In this document: one piece after another, positions 1 through 9,540 of the stretch
Layout of the letters: the number at the start of each line of letters is the position of its first letter
Position numbering within the stretch: the first letter of the stretch is position 1
Origin: Candidatus Moraniibacteriota bacterium
GTDB taxonomy: Bacteria; Patescibacteriota; Minisyncoccia; Moranbacterales; UBA9337
Length of the DNA: 64,000 nt
NCBI GenBank assembly: GCA_049287345.1
Contig: JBAQFQ010000017.1
Coordinates: forward strand, 4,555 to 68,554
Direction: 5' to 3'
Notes under the pieces: model-generated
Database searches by the model: none
Seen by the model: the letters and a program-made list of their open reading frames with translations, nothing else
Told to the model about the DNA's origin: nothing
Made by a program: the position numbers and the translations under genes

Positions 1-443
1 CCCCCTACATTGGGCAATTTGCCGAGCAGAATATTAAATGGACAACTGGCTTAAAATTGGCCTCTATCATTCAGCGAGAGGCAGGTGGAAAATCTGATAT
101 GCCACTGATTGCAGGAATTATGTGGAACCGCTTAAATCAAGAAATGAATCTAGAGATAGACGCAACGGTGCAATATGCACGTGGAAAAATTGAGACGACT
201 TGGTGGGCTCCGATAAAAGCAGAAGATATTACCAACATTGATTCACCTTATAATACTTATAAATATAAAGGTTTACCGCCGCACCCGATTTGTAATCCCG
301 GGCTGGATGCTATCGAAGCAGTTTTAAATTCTACTGAAACAGAATGCTTATATTATCTTCACGATAGTAATCGAGAAATCCATTGTGCTAAAACTTATGA
401 AGAGCATAAGATAAATATCGAGAAATATCTTTTAAGAGTTTAA
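1..443 (+). CDS. mltG: MltG/YceG-family endolytic murein transglycosylase, C-terminal fragment (gene begins upstream of window)
   Basis: Frame is open from base 1. The YKGLPPHPICNPG and LYYL..D motifs match the C-terminus of the full-length MltG at 54826..55833. Confidence 0.7.
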   Translation, partial: PYIGQFAEQNIKWTTGLKLASIIQREAGGKSDMPLIAGIMWNRLNQEMNLEIDATVQYARGKIETTWWAPIKAEDITNIDSPYNTYKYKGLPPHPICNPGLDAIEAVLNSTETECLYYLHDSNREIHCAKTYEEHKINIEKYLLRV

Positions 444-459
444 ATAAAGTTTAAAATAT

Positions 460-1005
460 ATGAAAGAAGAAAAAGTTTTATTTAATGCTAGTCTGGGTTT
501 TTTATTACGAGAAGATAAAATTTTACTGGCTAAAAAAGCCAAAAAAATTGGAGCAGGCCGCTTAAATGGTTATGGTGGAGGAATTGATGGTGATGAAACT
601 CCCCAAGAATCAATGGTTCGTGAGCTAAAAGAAGAGGCTGGAGTTATTACCTCGGAAAGTTCTTTGGAAAAAGTGTCCATCATTGATTTTCATAATACCA
701 AAAGTGACGGTCAAACATTTGTTTGTAGAGTGCATATTTTCTTTATCAATGAGTGGATAGGCGAGCCGAAAGAAAGTGAAGAAATGCTAAATCCTACTTG
801 GTTTGATATAAAAAATCTTCCTTTTGACGAAATGATGCCCAATGATAAAGATTGGCTACCTCAAGCGTTAGCAGGAAAGAAAATAATTGCCAAAGCTTAT
901 TTGGGACCTTTTCAAAAAGAGTCTCTGGCGAATATGGAGATTGAAGTTGTAGAAAGTTTTTCGGATAATTTTTGCCCACCGAACCCAAGTGTAGCAATCT
1001 CTTAA
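460..1005 (+). CDS. NUDIX hydrolase (MutT-like)
   Basis: Nudix box GGGIDGDETPQESMVRELKEEAGV (G-x5-E-x7-REuxEEuGu). Confidence 0.8.
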   Translation: MKEEKVLFNASLGFLLREDKILLAKKAKKIGAGRLNGYGGGIDGDETPQESMVRELKEEAGVITSESSLEKVSIIDFHNTKSDGQTFVCRVHIFFINEWIGEPKESEEMLNPTWFDIKNLPFDEMMPNDKDWLPQALAGKKIIAKAYLGPFQKESLANMEIEVVESFSDNFCPPNPSVAIS

Positions 1006-1021
1006 TATAAAACTTTCCAGT

Positions 1022-1138
1022 TGTGTCATCTCGAGCCCATCCGCCAGCTGGCGGAGGAGTCGAGAGATCTATGTTTTATATCGCATCTATTATTTGAGAT
1101 TCCTCCACTTCGCATTCGCTTCGGTCGGAATGACAACC
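1022..1138 (+). repeat. Family-2 intergenic element, copy A: TGTGTCAT + long imperfect hairpin + AGATCT ... second hairpin + ATGACAA
   Basis: Homologous to 62283..62368 and 49219..49290. Conserved flanks around structurally equivalent but sequence-divergent hairpins; the ends TGTGTCAT / ATGACAA are imperfectly inverted. Confidence 0.5.
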
Positions 1139-1231
1139 GATAGCCTATTGAAGTATTTATTTTGCAGCGGTAAAGAAAAAGTTTTTTGTGTTATACTGAG
1201 TTAAGATTGAAATAATTTTAAATTACGCTAA

Positions 1232-2992
1232 ATGAAACAAGAAATTGCTTTTAAAATTTTATGTTCGGGAGAAAATGTTTTTTTAACTGGTTCAGCGGGA
1301 ACGGGTAAAACTTTTGTGATTAATCAATATATTCAATATTTAAGAGAGCGAGGAATTGAACCGGCAATTGTTGCTCCCACCGGGATTGCGGCTTCACACA
1401 TTGGCGGTAAAACCATTCATTCTTTTTTTAGTGTGGGCATTCGAGAATACATCGATGATTACTATCTGAGATGGATGAAACGACAAACGTTTTTAGATAA
1501 ACGGATGAAAAACATGAAAGTCTTGATTATTGATGAGATTTCCATGGTTTCGCCAGAATTATTTTTTTCTATGGATAGAATCCTGCGTGCCTTTAAGGAC
1601 GAAGAAAAGCCTTTTGGCGGCGTGCAGGTAGTTTTATCAGGAGATTTCTTTCAATTACCTCCAGTAGCCAAGACCCCTCGGGAACTAAAGTTTGTCTGGC
1701 AGACCCAGCTGTGGCAAGACGCTAATTTAAAAATCTGTTATTTAAAGGAAAAATTTAGACAAGAAGAAAATAATCAATTGATCAATATTTTAGATGAAAT
1801 TCGCTCCGGAGAAGTTTCGGAAGAATCCATGGAAATTTTTCGAACAAGATATAAAAAAAAGCTAGCCAATGATTTTACTATCACAAAACTTTATACTCAC
1901 AATGTGGATGTAAATAAAATCAATGATGGTGAGCTCGATAAGCTACCTGGGAAAGCTTTTGTCTTTGAGGCGGAAACCAAGGGTTCCAAACAAAATATTG
2001 AAAAGATTTTTAAAAGTTCCTTAGTTTCCCAGGAGGTGAAATTAAAAGTGGGGGCTACGATAATTTTTATTAAAAATAATTACGAAAAAGATTATATCAA
2101 TGGGACATTGGGAAAGATAATCGGCTTTCAAAATAAAACCAACTTTCCTATTGTGGAAGTTTTTGATGGCAGGAAGATTGTTGCTACACCAGAAGAATGG
2201 CTTTGGGAAGATGATAAAGGGAAAATTAAGGCGATCGTTAAGCAATTGCCGATTAAACTAGCTTGGGCGCTTACAATTCATAAGTCTCAAGGGATGACTT
2301 TGGATGCAGCGGAAATTGATTTGAGTAAAACTTTTGAAATCGGGCAAGGTTATGTGGCTCTGTCTCGAATTAAGTCTATAGAGGGTTTACGTTTGATGGG
2401 ACTTAACGATATCGCCCTACAGGTGGATAGGCTAGTATTGGAAAAAGATAGTTTTCTTAAGGAAGAATCTCATTGTAATTTTAGAAAATTTCAAGAAATC
2501 GCGGAGGTTGAATTTATAGAAATATCGGAGCAGTTTATAATTAAAATTGGTGGAGAGAAAATAAGTCAAAAAACAAATTCCAAAAAACCTGCCTACCGGA
2601 CAGACAGGCAAGCTGCAAATAAAAAAGAGGAAGAAAAAAAATCTTTTTCTGGGAAATCTAGCGCTAGGGGGACACTGGAAGTTACCAAAAGAATGGTGCT
2701 GGGCAAGAAAACACTTGAAGAAATTGCTAAAGAAAGAGGTCTCGCAAAAGACACGATTGTTAGTCATTTAATGCAGCTTAAGAAACTTTTACCAGAAACA
2801 GATATTGATTACCTAAAACCTAAAGAACAAATTTTAAGCTTAGTACTAAAAGCTGTTGATAGTATAAAAAAAGATAAAAATCCCGAGAATCTTTCCCAAG
2901 ATGGGCAAGTGAAGTTAAAGCCAATTTTTGAATTCCTAAATAAAAAAATTTCTTATGATGATATAAAGCTGGCGATGTTATTTTATAAATAA
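1232..2992 (+). CDS. PIF1/RecD-family ATP-dependent DNA helicase with C-terminal HTH-like tail
   Basis: Walker A GSAGTGKT, Walker B LIIDEISMV, and the GDFFQLPPV and ALTIHKSQG motifs typical of PIF1/RecD/TraA-like helicases. Confidence 0.8.
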   Translation: MKQEIAFKILCSGENVFLTGSAGTGKTFVINQYIQYLRERGIEPAIVAPTGIAASHIGGKTIHSFFSVGIREYIDDYYLRWMKRQTFLDKRMKNMKVLIIDEISMVSPELFFSMDRILRAFKDEEKPFGGVQVVLSGDFFQLPPVAKTPRELKFVWQTQLWQDANLKICYLKEKFRQEENNQLINILDEIRSGEVSEESMEIFRTRYKKKLANDFTITKLYTHNVDVNKINDGELDKLPGKAFVFEAETKGSKQNIEKIFKSSLVSQEVKLKVGATIIFIKNNYEKDYINGTLGKIIGFQNKTNFPIVEVFDGRKIVATPEEWLWEDDKGKIKAIVKQLPIKLAWALTIHKSQGMTLDAAEIDLSKTFEIGQGYVALSRIKSIEGLRLMGLNDIALQVDRLVLEKDSFLKEESHCNFRKFQEIAEVEFIEISEQFIIKIGGEKISQKTNSKKPAYRTDRQAANKKEEEKKSFSGKSSARGTLEVTKRMVLGKKTLEEIAKERGLAKDTIVSHLMQLKKLLPETDIDYLKPKEQILSLVLKAVDSIKKDKNPENLSQDGQVKLKPIFEFLNKKISYDDIKLAMLFYK

Positions 2993-3136
2993 AAACATAA
3001 GTTTTATTTGGAGCACAGTTTTATTTTTTCTTTAAAGGGTAGTATACTTGAGTTAGTTTAAAATTCTTGAATAATCAAAGGTCGATAAATAAATTTGTAA
3101 GTAAAATAAATATAAAATAATAATTAATATAAAAAA

Positions 3137-4270
3137 ATGAAAAAGATTGTAACAATTATTTTAGTAGCTTTATTTTTTTGGGGAACAGGATTAGCTAACG
3201 CGCAAAAAGAAGAAAAAGTGAAATTAAAGGCTGAAAATATACAAATAAAAACCAAGAAACCTATCTCAAACGAGGAGATAAATAAATTAGAAGAACTTTA
3301 TCCCAAGGGGAAACCGTCAACCTCAGTTGATTCAGTTACTAAATTTATTTTTCCAGCAACCGGCATAAACGCTCCAGCTGTGGTTGGTCAGAAATATGCC
3401 ATTGTAATCGGAATGGCTAATTATCCAGGAATGGATTTTGATTTATGTGTGCCTGAGGCAAGGACAGATTTAAGTATGCCAATTTCGGGGCTATCATTAT
3501 ATTGTAAGGATGATGATTCACATCACATGAAAAATACTTTAATTAGTAGCGACTATGGTTTTAATGCAGAAAATATAAGGTGGATTGCTGATGCGGATGC
3601 AACTTATGACAACATTAAGACTGCTGTAGATGAAATAAAACTTAAACTTACCGAAAACGATGAATTGGTGTTCTTTTTTAGTGGACATGGATTTACTGGT
3701 CAATTTAATGATCCGACAGGCGTTAGCGACTCTGATAAAGATGGAGTGGATGAGGCTATTGGTATTTATGATAGTACCTATCCAACCGATGAGTCTATTT
3801 TAGCTGATCCAACTGTTTTAGATAATTATGATTATACTAAATCCAATGCATTAATTTTTGATGATGAGTTGAGAAATTGGTTTGTAAATTCACCCACCAG
3901 CAGGATAGCTTTTATTTTTGATATTTGTGGCGCAGGGGGTATGAGTGATTTAGCTGGAGAGGGAAGAGTTTTGGCAATGTCTAGTCTTGAGGGTCAAACT
4001 TCCTATACTTATTATTTGGGAGGAACATATACTTCCGCAACTACTATTCAAGAAAGCCAGGGATTGTTTAGTCATTATTTTGTTAATAATGGCATGGAAA
4101 GTGGCTTAGCGGACGGATACAATTTACTAAGCAAAAGAGATGCTAAGAAATATGATGGGAAAGTTTCGATTGAAGAAGCTTTCGGATATGCTTATCCGAT
4201 TATAAAAAGTGTTAAACCACAAACTTCAATCTTAAATGATTCAGATAAATTATTGGATTTCTTGCCATAA
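3137..4270 (+). CDS. Secreted caspase-fold cysteine peptidase (C14/C13/CHAT-like)
   Basis: Signal peptide MKKIVTIILVALFFWGTGLANA. Caspase-like catalytic dyad context FFFSGHG (His) and FIFDICGAGG (Cys); YAIVIGMANY start of the fold. Confidence 0.5.
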   Translation: MKKIVTIILVALFFWGTGLANAQKEEKVKLKAENIQIKTKKPISNEEINKLEELYPKGKPSTSVDSVTKFIFPATGINAPAVVGQKYAIVIGMANYPGMDFDLCVPEARTDLSMPISGLSLYCKDDDSHHMKNTLISSDYGFNAENIRWIADADATYDNIKTAVDEIKLKLTENDELVFFFSGHGFTGQFNDPTGVSDSDKDGVDEAIGIYDSTYPTDESILADPTVLDNYDYTKSNALIFDDELRNWFVNSPTSRIAFIFDICGAGGMSDLAGEGRVLAMSSLEGQTSYTYYLGGTYTSATTIQESQGLFSHYFVNNGMESGLADGYNLLSKRDAKKYDGKVSIEEAFGYAYPIIKSVKPQTSILNDSDKLLDFLP

Positions 4271-4335
4271 AAAAGGAAAAATTAAAAAAACACTATCTTG
4301 GCAAAGAAAGTATTTTTTTAAAAGTTATGCTATAA

Positions 4336-5217
4336 TTGAAGCAATTTAAAATCTTTAATAAAAAAAATATGAATCAAAAAATAATGCCAGTCTATCTGTT
4401 TGTTACATCATTCTTTTTATTAGCAGGTTTTGCTACTATGGTGGCAATAGCCAAGAATGATAATGCTAACAATAACGAAAATAAAAGCGAAAAGTCAGAA
4501 AAAACTGAGAAGTCAGATAAATCCTCTCAGTCGACGAAGGATGGTGAAAAAGTGGTTAATCTTAAGGATTATAAAAAGGCAGATACAACAAAAGGAGAAA
4601 GTAATGCAAAAATACACAAAGAAAAAACTACTGAGGTGATAGAAAATTTAGAACAAGAGCAGCTACAAGTCCAAACAGAAAATGCAGGTACAGAAGAAAA
4701 ACTTAGGGTAGAAACTAGAAATAAAGCAAAGAAGCAAATTGAAGAGGTGGCAACTGAGCAAGAAGCCTCTCAGGAGCAAGTAGCAGAAGCAATTGAAGAA
4801 GTTGAAAATGATGGTGCAACTAAGAAATTTTTTCTGGGGCCAGATTATAAAAACTTGGGGCAATTAAGAAGTGAGTTGGTGCACAATAGAAATCAAATTA
4901 GAAAACTTACGCAAGCCATTACTGCATTATCTCAAAATGAAGGAGATATAACTAATCTTCAGTTACAACTGCAAACTCTCACACAAGAGAGAGAAAGAAT
5001 TAAAAATATAATTACCACCAATCAAGATGGTTTTAGCTTGTTTGGTTGGGTGAGCAGGTTTTTAACTAACTATGAAGAAACTCCAATAAATGAAACCGAG
5101 GAGGAAGAATTAATAACAGAAGTTGAAGAGACAATTATTGATGACGGGGTAGTGGATAACATTGATGCTCCAATAGTAACAGAAACTTCAGCGCCAGTTA
5201 CAGTGGTTACTCCATAG
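4336..5217 (+). CDS. Membrane-anchored coiled-coil protein with acidic C-terminus (hypothetical)
   Basis: N-terminal TM helix, KE-rich coiled-coil heptads, D/E-rich tail; no recognisable catalytic motif. Confidence 0.45.
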   Translation: MKQFKIFNKKNMNQKIMPVYLFVTSFFLLAGFATMVAIAKNDNANNNENKSEKSEKTEKSDKSSQSTKDGEKVVNLKDYKKADTTKGESNAKIHKEKTTEVIENLEQEQLQVQTENAGTEEKLRVETRNKAKKQIEEVATEQEASQEQVAEAIEEVENDGATKKFFLGPDYKNLGQLRSELVHNRNQIRKLTQAITALSQNEGDITNLQLQLQTLTQERERIKNIITTNQDGFSLFGWVSRFLTNYEETPINETEEEELITEVEETIIDDGVVDNIDAPIVTETSAPVTVVTP

Positions 5218-5241
5218 GAAGGTCTTTGAATTTAAATATGA

Positions 5242-5270
5242 AAAACACTCCCTCGGGGAGTGTTTTTTAA
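5242..5270 (+). terminator. Rho-independent terminator
   Basis: Hairpin AACACTCCC-TCG-GGGAGTGTT followed by a T tract. Confidence 0.6.
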
Positions 5271-5333
5271 TTGGGTAATAAAGTCGTTTAATATTTGAAA
5301 AGAGTAAGTTGAATTAAGAATTTCTGAAATAGT

Positions 5334-5361
5334 TTGACAAAAAAAATGAATTTGCTATTAT
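5334..5361 (+). promoter_or_regulatory. Sigma70-like promoter for lexA (TTGACA-N16-TATTAT), with palindrome TGTTTGGTAAACA at 5377..5389
   Basis: Near-consensus hexamers ~100 nt upstream of lexA. The perfect 5-N3-5 palindrome sits just downstream of -10 and is a candidate operator. Confidence 0.4.
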
Positions 5362-5460
5362 GAATTATATAGTGAATGTTTGGTAAACAAGCGCAAGTGA
5401 GCATTAAAACAAAAGAACATAAAAACAATAAGGCAATTTTAATTTTTTAATTTAAAAAAT

Positions 5461-6105
5461 ATGGAAATATTAACCCCCAAACAAAAAATAGTATTGCAAG
5501 CTATCAAGAGTTATTATTCAGAGCACGGCATCATGCCCACAATTCGAGAAATTAAAGATGAAGCTGGGAATCTTGGTTTAAATTTAAAGAGTATCCGAAG
5601 TTTCTTTAATTACTTAAATGAGCTAGAGGAAAAAGGATATATTCAAAGAACTTCTGAAGATAGGGGGATTGAATTGAGAGGGCTTAATCAGCAGATGTTT
5701 ATCGATGTGCCAATTCTAGGTATGGCAAATGCAGGAATGGCCTTGGCTTTTGCAGATGATTATATCGAAGGTTATTTAAAAGTTTCCAAAAGTATTGTGC
5801 GAGATAAAAATGTTTTTGCGATTCAGATTTCTGGAACCTCAATGAATAAGGCAAAAGTAAATAATAAGAATATTGGTGATGGGGATTTTGTTTTAGTAGA
5901 AAAAACGGAGGACTATGTTTATGGTGATAAAGTTTTAGTAGTAATTGATGGTTTGGCTACTGTAAAAACATATCGAATTTTTGATGAGGAAAATATTGTT
6001 TTAGCTCCAGACTCTACTGATAAAAAGCATCAACCGATTTTCCTAACTAAGGAGGATAACTTTGTTATTACCGGTAAAGTGATTGATGTTTTAAAAATAC
6101 GATAA
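5461..6105 (+). CDS. lexA: LexA repressor (S24 peptidase)
   Basis: N-terminal winged HTH (MPTIREI..LGL.S.RS); catalytic Ser in ISGTSM and Lys in VKTYR context; C-terminal S24 fold. Confidence 0.85.
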   Translation: MEILTPKQKIVLQAIKSYYSEHGIMPTIREIKDEAGNLGLNLKSIRSFFNYLNELEEKGYIQRTSEDRGIELRGLNQQMFIDVPILGMANAGMALAFADDYIEGYLKVSKSIVRDKNVFAIQISGTSMNKAKVNNKNIGDGDFVLVEKTEDYVYGDKVLVVIDGLATVKTYRIFDEENIVLAPDSTDKKHQPIFLTKEDNFVITGKVIDVLKIR

Positions 6106-6124
6106 ATTTAAAAAATTAAAAAGT

Positions 6125-6613
6125 ATGATTATATTTATTAGCGGGTCAATTAATGCTGGCAAAAGTACCGTAGCTAAATTGTTGGCCGAAAAAATTAAAA
6201 ATACCGCCGTAGTGGAGGTGGATAGTTTTCACGAGTTCGTCCCTTGGATGCCAATTGCTGAGAGCGTTTTGATTAATTTAGAAAACGCTGTTTTGGTAAT
6301 TAGAAATTTTTATAAAAGAGGTTTTAATGTAATTGTCCCTTACCCACTTTCCAAAAGAAATTATGAATATCTAATGGAAGAATTAAAAGATATTATTGAG
6401 GATATTTCTATTTTTACTTTGAGCCCAGATCTCAAAGAAGTGCTTAAAAATAGGGGAAAAAGAGAATTGACTGAGGCGGAAAAGGAAAGAATTAAATATC
6501 ACTACTCAATTGGCATTGATAATCCTACTTTCGGAAAAGTTATCAATAACACCAAGCAAGCTCCAGAGGAAACGGTAGAAAATATTTTAGAGTTAATGGA
6601 TAATAAAAACTAA
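6125..6613 (+). CDS. Small P-loop kinase (AAA_33 / zeta-toxin-like nucleotide kinase fold)
   Basis: Walker A GSINAGKST near the N-terminus; ~160 aa. Confidence 0.55.
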   Translation: MIIFISGSINAGKSTVAKLLAEKIKNTAVVEVDSFHEFVPWMPIAESVLINLENAVLVIRNFYKRGFNVIVPYPLSKRNYEYLMEELKDIIEDISIFTLSPDLKEVLKNRGKRELTEAEKERIKYHYSIGIDNPTFGKVINNTKQAPEETVENILELMDNKN

Positions 6614-6629
6614 AATCTAAATATTTAAT

Positions 6630-7361
6630 ATGAAATCAAAAATCGTCGCGGAGGGAAAATTTTATCCAGAAGATATCAGTCTTGAATTTGCAGATTTTTC
6701 TAATAGAAAAATAGATTTTGAAACTGAAAATAAGATTGATGAATATTGGAAAAAATATGCAAAAGTTAAAAAAGAAAGCGGAGGGATGATTTGGGATGCG
6801 GTAACTTATCGACTGGAGGGTTTAAGTCAGTGTGATAATAAAATAGATATTTCCTTAGGAGAAATTAATTTCTCTAAAAGAATTGGAGCTAGGGAGTACT
6901 TAAATGAACTTAGTGTTTTAGGTAGAGATTATTATCCTGCTGGAATATATTTAGCCAGTATTATTAAAACAAATGATGAATATTATGTAATGGGCGAGCT
7001 AAGCGGAAAAACTGTTGTAGAGAGTGATATTAGTCTTATTGGAGGAGTTTTGTCTAGGGATGAAATGATAATTAAAAACTCAGTTGATATTTTTGAAATG
7101 TTACAGAGAGAGCTTGATGAGGAAATATATATAAAGAATAGCGAGATCAGTGATATTTATTTAAGAGCAATTACTCAAACAGAGCGACTGAATTTTGGTT
7201 TCATATTTTGTGTGAATTTAAATATTGACGCTAAGGATATTCAGGATAGATTTGTGCCAAATGATGAAATAGCTGGGGTAAGATTTTGCAGCAAAAAAGA
7301 AATTAAAAATATCTTAAGATCGATGGGTGGAGCTAGGGCACTGGTGGGAGAATTAATTTAA
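6630..7361 (+). CDS. Hypothetical protein, possibly a degenerate Nudix-like fold
   Basis: GGVLSRDE...QRELDEEIYI loosely resembles a Nudix box but with wrong spacing; no confident assignment. Confidence 0.35.
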   Translation: MKSKIVAEGKFYPEDISLEFADFSNRKIDFETENKIDEYWKKYAKVKKESGGMIWDAVTYRLEGLSQCDNKIDISLGEINFSKRIGAREYLNELSVLGRDYYPAGIYLASIIKTNDEYYVMGELSGKTVVESDISLIGGVLSRDEMIIKNSVDIFEMLQRELDEEIYIKNSEISDIYLRAITQTERLNFGFIFCVNLNIDAKDIQDRFVPNDEIAGVRFCSKKEIKNILRSMGGARALVGELI

Positions 7362-7381
7362 TTTTTTATAATTATTTTATT

Positions 7382-8086
7382 ATGAAAGAAATCATATTTA
7401 CAATTTTATTTCTAGGAATGATCGCGAGTATGAGTTGGTTTTTATTTGGAAAAGATAATTTTTCAAAAAATGATTCAGTCGCTAGGGTGTCGGATGTCAA
7501 TATTTCTGATACGGTGATTAAGGCAGATAAAAATACTGTAATGGAGAAAGCTCAGGCTAACGATATTACTTCGACAGATGAAAAAAAATTTCAATTTCCA
7601 TTGAGTAGGGCCACTGAGCGGGTGAGTAAAAAACCATTTGGAATTTTTATTACGCCAAAAAATTCGCCTATACAGCCTGAGAAATTTAGCGGTTACCACA
7701 CTGGAGTGGATTTCGAAATTTTTCCTGAGGAGATTGATGCAGATGTCCAAGTCACGGCAATTTGTGCAGGAAAATTATCCCTAAAGAAAATGGCTACTGG
7801 TTACGGCGGAGTAGTGGTGCAATCTTGCAATTTAGCCAAGAAGCCAATTTCGGTTGTTTACGGCCATCTAAAATTGAATAGTATTAAAGCGGCCTTAGGA
7901 GATGATATTGCTGTTGGTGAGCCCCTGGGAGTCCTAGGCGAGGCTTATGGCGTCGAAAATGGTCAAGAGCGAAAACATTTACATCTGGGCGTGCATAAGG
8001 GTTTAGAAATCAACATTTTGGGCTATGTTTCTTCGGAGACTGATCTTTCGGGGTGGTTGGATCCCTTATCAGTTATTTTTGAATAG
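7382..8086 (+). CDS. M23 family peptidoglycan DD-metalloendopeptidase (LytM-like), membrane-anchored
   Basis: HTGVDF and HLHLGVH zinc-binding motifs of M23; N-terminal TM. Confidence 0.8.
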   Translation: MKEIIFTILFLGMIASMSWFLFGKDNFSKNDSVARVSDVNISDTVIKADKNTVMEKAQANDITSTDEKKFQFPLSRATERVSKKPFGIFITPKNSPIQPEKFSGYHTGVDFEIFPEEIDADVQVTAICAGKLSLKKMATGYGGVVVQSCNLAKKPISVVYGHLKLNSIKAALGDDIAVGEPLGVLGEAYGVENGQERKHLHLGVHKGLEINILGYVSSETDLSGWLDPLSVIFE

Positions 8087-8181
8087 TTTTTTCACTTGCT
8101 TTTAAGGGATAGTGTGATATAAATAAAGCAAAAGAAACATCGTATATTTATGAGTCGGATTATTATTTAATTTTTTATTTT

Positions 8182-8287
8182 AATCTACCTACACTCAAGC
8201 TTCGGCAGACGAGCTCGTTTTGAGTAAATTCTCCACAGCTTGCTTCAAGTAGGGTCCAGGGCAAGCCCCTAGGGTTAATACCTTTTA
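8182..8287 (+). repeat. Family-1 intergenic repeat, copy 1 (AATCTACCTAC..AAGCTTCGG..ACGAGCTCGTTTTGAGTAAATTCTCCACAGCTTGC..GC-rich hairpin..ACCTTTTA)
   Basis: ~85-90% identical to copies at 9421, 21382 and 39278, all on the + strand between + strand genes. Confidence 0.85.
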
Positions 8288-8292
8288 ATAAT

Positions 8293-9447
8293 ATGAAGAA
8301 GCTGGCTATCTTGGGAAGCACAGGTAATGTTGGGACACAAGTTTTAGATGTTGTGGATCAATATCCTGATAAGTTTAAAGTGGTGGCACTTTCGACAAAT
8401 AGTAATATTGAATTATTAAAAACGCAAATAGAAAAATATCAGCCATCTTTTGTGGGAGTAGCCGATGAAATAAAAGCTAAAGAATTAAAGGAACAAATTA
8501 ATGTTCCTATTTTTTTTGGCGAAAAAGTTAATATCCAAATTGCCCAGCTGGAGGAATATGATACTTTGATAAATGCGGTAGTCAGTTTAGCGGGGATTGA
8601 GGCTACTTTAGTCGCTATCGAAAAAAAGAAAAACATCGCCCTAGCAAATAAGGAGGCCTTGGTGGCAGCTGGTGAAATTGTATTAAAGGCAGCTAGAGAA
8701 AATGGGGTAAAGATTATGCCAATTGATTCGGAGCATAGTGCTCTATTTCAATGTTTAAATGGTGAAGATATTAAAACAGTCGAGCAATTAATTATTACTT
8801 GTTCAGGTGGGGCACTGCGAGATAAAACTAAGGAGGAGATTGAATCAGCGACAGTGGTCCAAGCTTTGGGGCATAAAACTTGGGCAATGGGAAAAAAGAT
8901 TACCATTGATTCAGCAACTCTAATGAACAAGGGTTTTGAAGTAATTGAAGCAATGTGGTTGTATGATATGCCCATTGAAAAAATAAAAGTAGTTATTCAT
9001 CCAGAAAGTATCATCCATTCGATGGTGGAGTACACTGATGCGAGCATCATCGCGCAAATATCCGAGCCAGATATGCGACTGCCTATTCAATATGCACTCT
9101 CTTATCCTGAGCGTTGGCAAGCACCAATTAAGAGATTTGAATTTAATAAAAATCTTACCTTTGCTGAGCCTGACTTGGAGAGATTTCCTTGTTTGGGTTT
9201 AGCCTTTTGGGCTGCCAGAGAATTGGGGACATTGCCAGCGGTGATGAATGCCGCCAATGATTTTATGGTGGAAATTTTTTTAAGAGGAGACTGTCGATTT
9301 GGAGAAATTTATAGAATAATTAAGCAGGTTATGGAAGCGCATAAAAATATTAAAAACCCTAGTTTGGCAGAAATTAATCAAGCTATTTTGTGGTCAAGAG
9401 AAAAATCGATGGAGTTTTTTAATCTATCTACGCCCAAGCTTCGGTAG
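8293..9447 (+). CDS. dxr: 1-deoxy-D-xylulose 5-phosphate reductoisomerase
   Basis: N-terminal ILGSTGNVG NADPH-binding motif and full-length similarity to IspC. The last ~9 codons are supplied by repeat copy 2. Confidence 0.9.
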   Translation: MKKLAILGSTGNVGTQVLDVVDQYPDKFKVVALSTNSNIELLKTQIEKYQPSFVGVADEIKAKELKEQINVPIFFGEKVNIQIAQLEEYDTLINAVVSLAGIEATLVAIEKKKNIALANKEALVAAGEIVLKAARENGVKIMPIDSEHSALFQCLNGEDIKTVEQLIITCSGGALRDKTKEEIESATVVQALGHKTWAMGKKITIDSATLMNKGFEVIEAMWLYDMPIEKIKVVIHPESIIHSMVEYTDASIIAQISEPDMRLPIQYALSYPERWQAPIKRFEFNKNLTFAEPDLERFPCLGLAFWAARELGTLPAVMNAANDFMVEIFLRGDCRFGEIYRIIKQVMEAHKNIKNPSLAEINQAILWSREKSMEFFNLSTPKLR

Positions 9448-9530
9448 GCGAGCTCGTTTTGAGTAAATTCTCCACAGCTTGCTAGTAAACAGGGTCCAGG
9501 GGCTTGCCCCTGGGGTTAATTACCTTTTAT
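9421..9530 (+). repeat. Family-1 intergenic repeat, copy 2 (overlaps 3' end of dxr)
   Basis: Same element as 8182..8287. Has a perfect 7-bp stem hairpin CCAGGGG-CTTG-CCCCTGG; the dxr stop codon lies inside the element. Confidence 0.85.
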
Positions 9531-9540
9531 TAAATAATTT

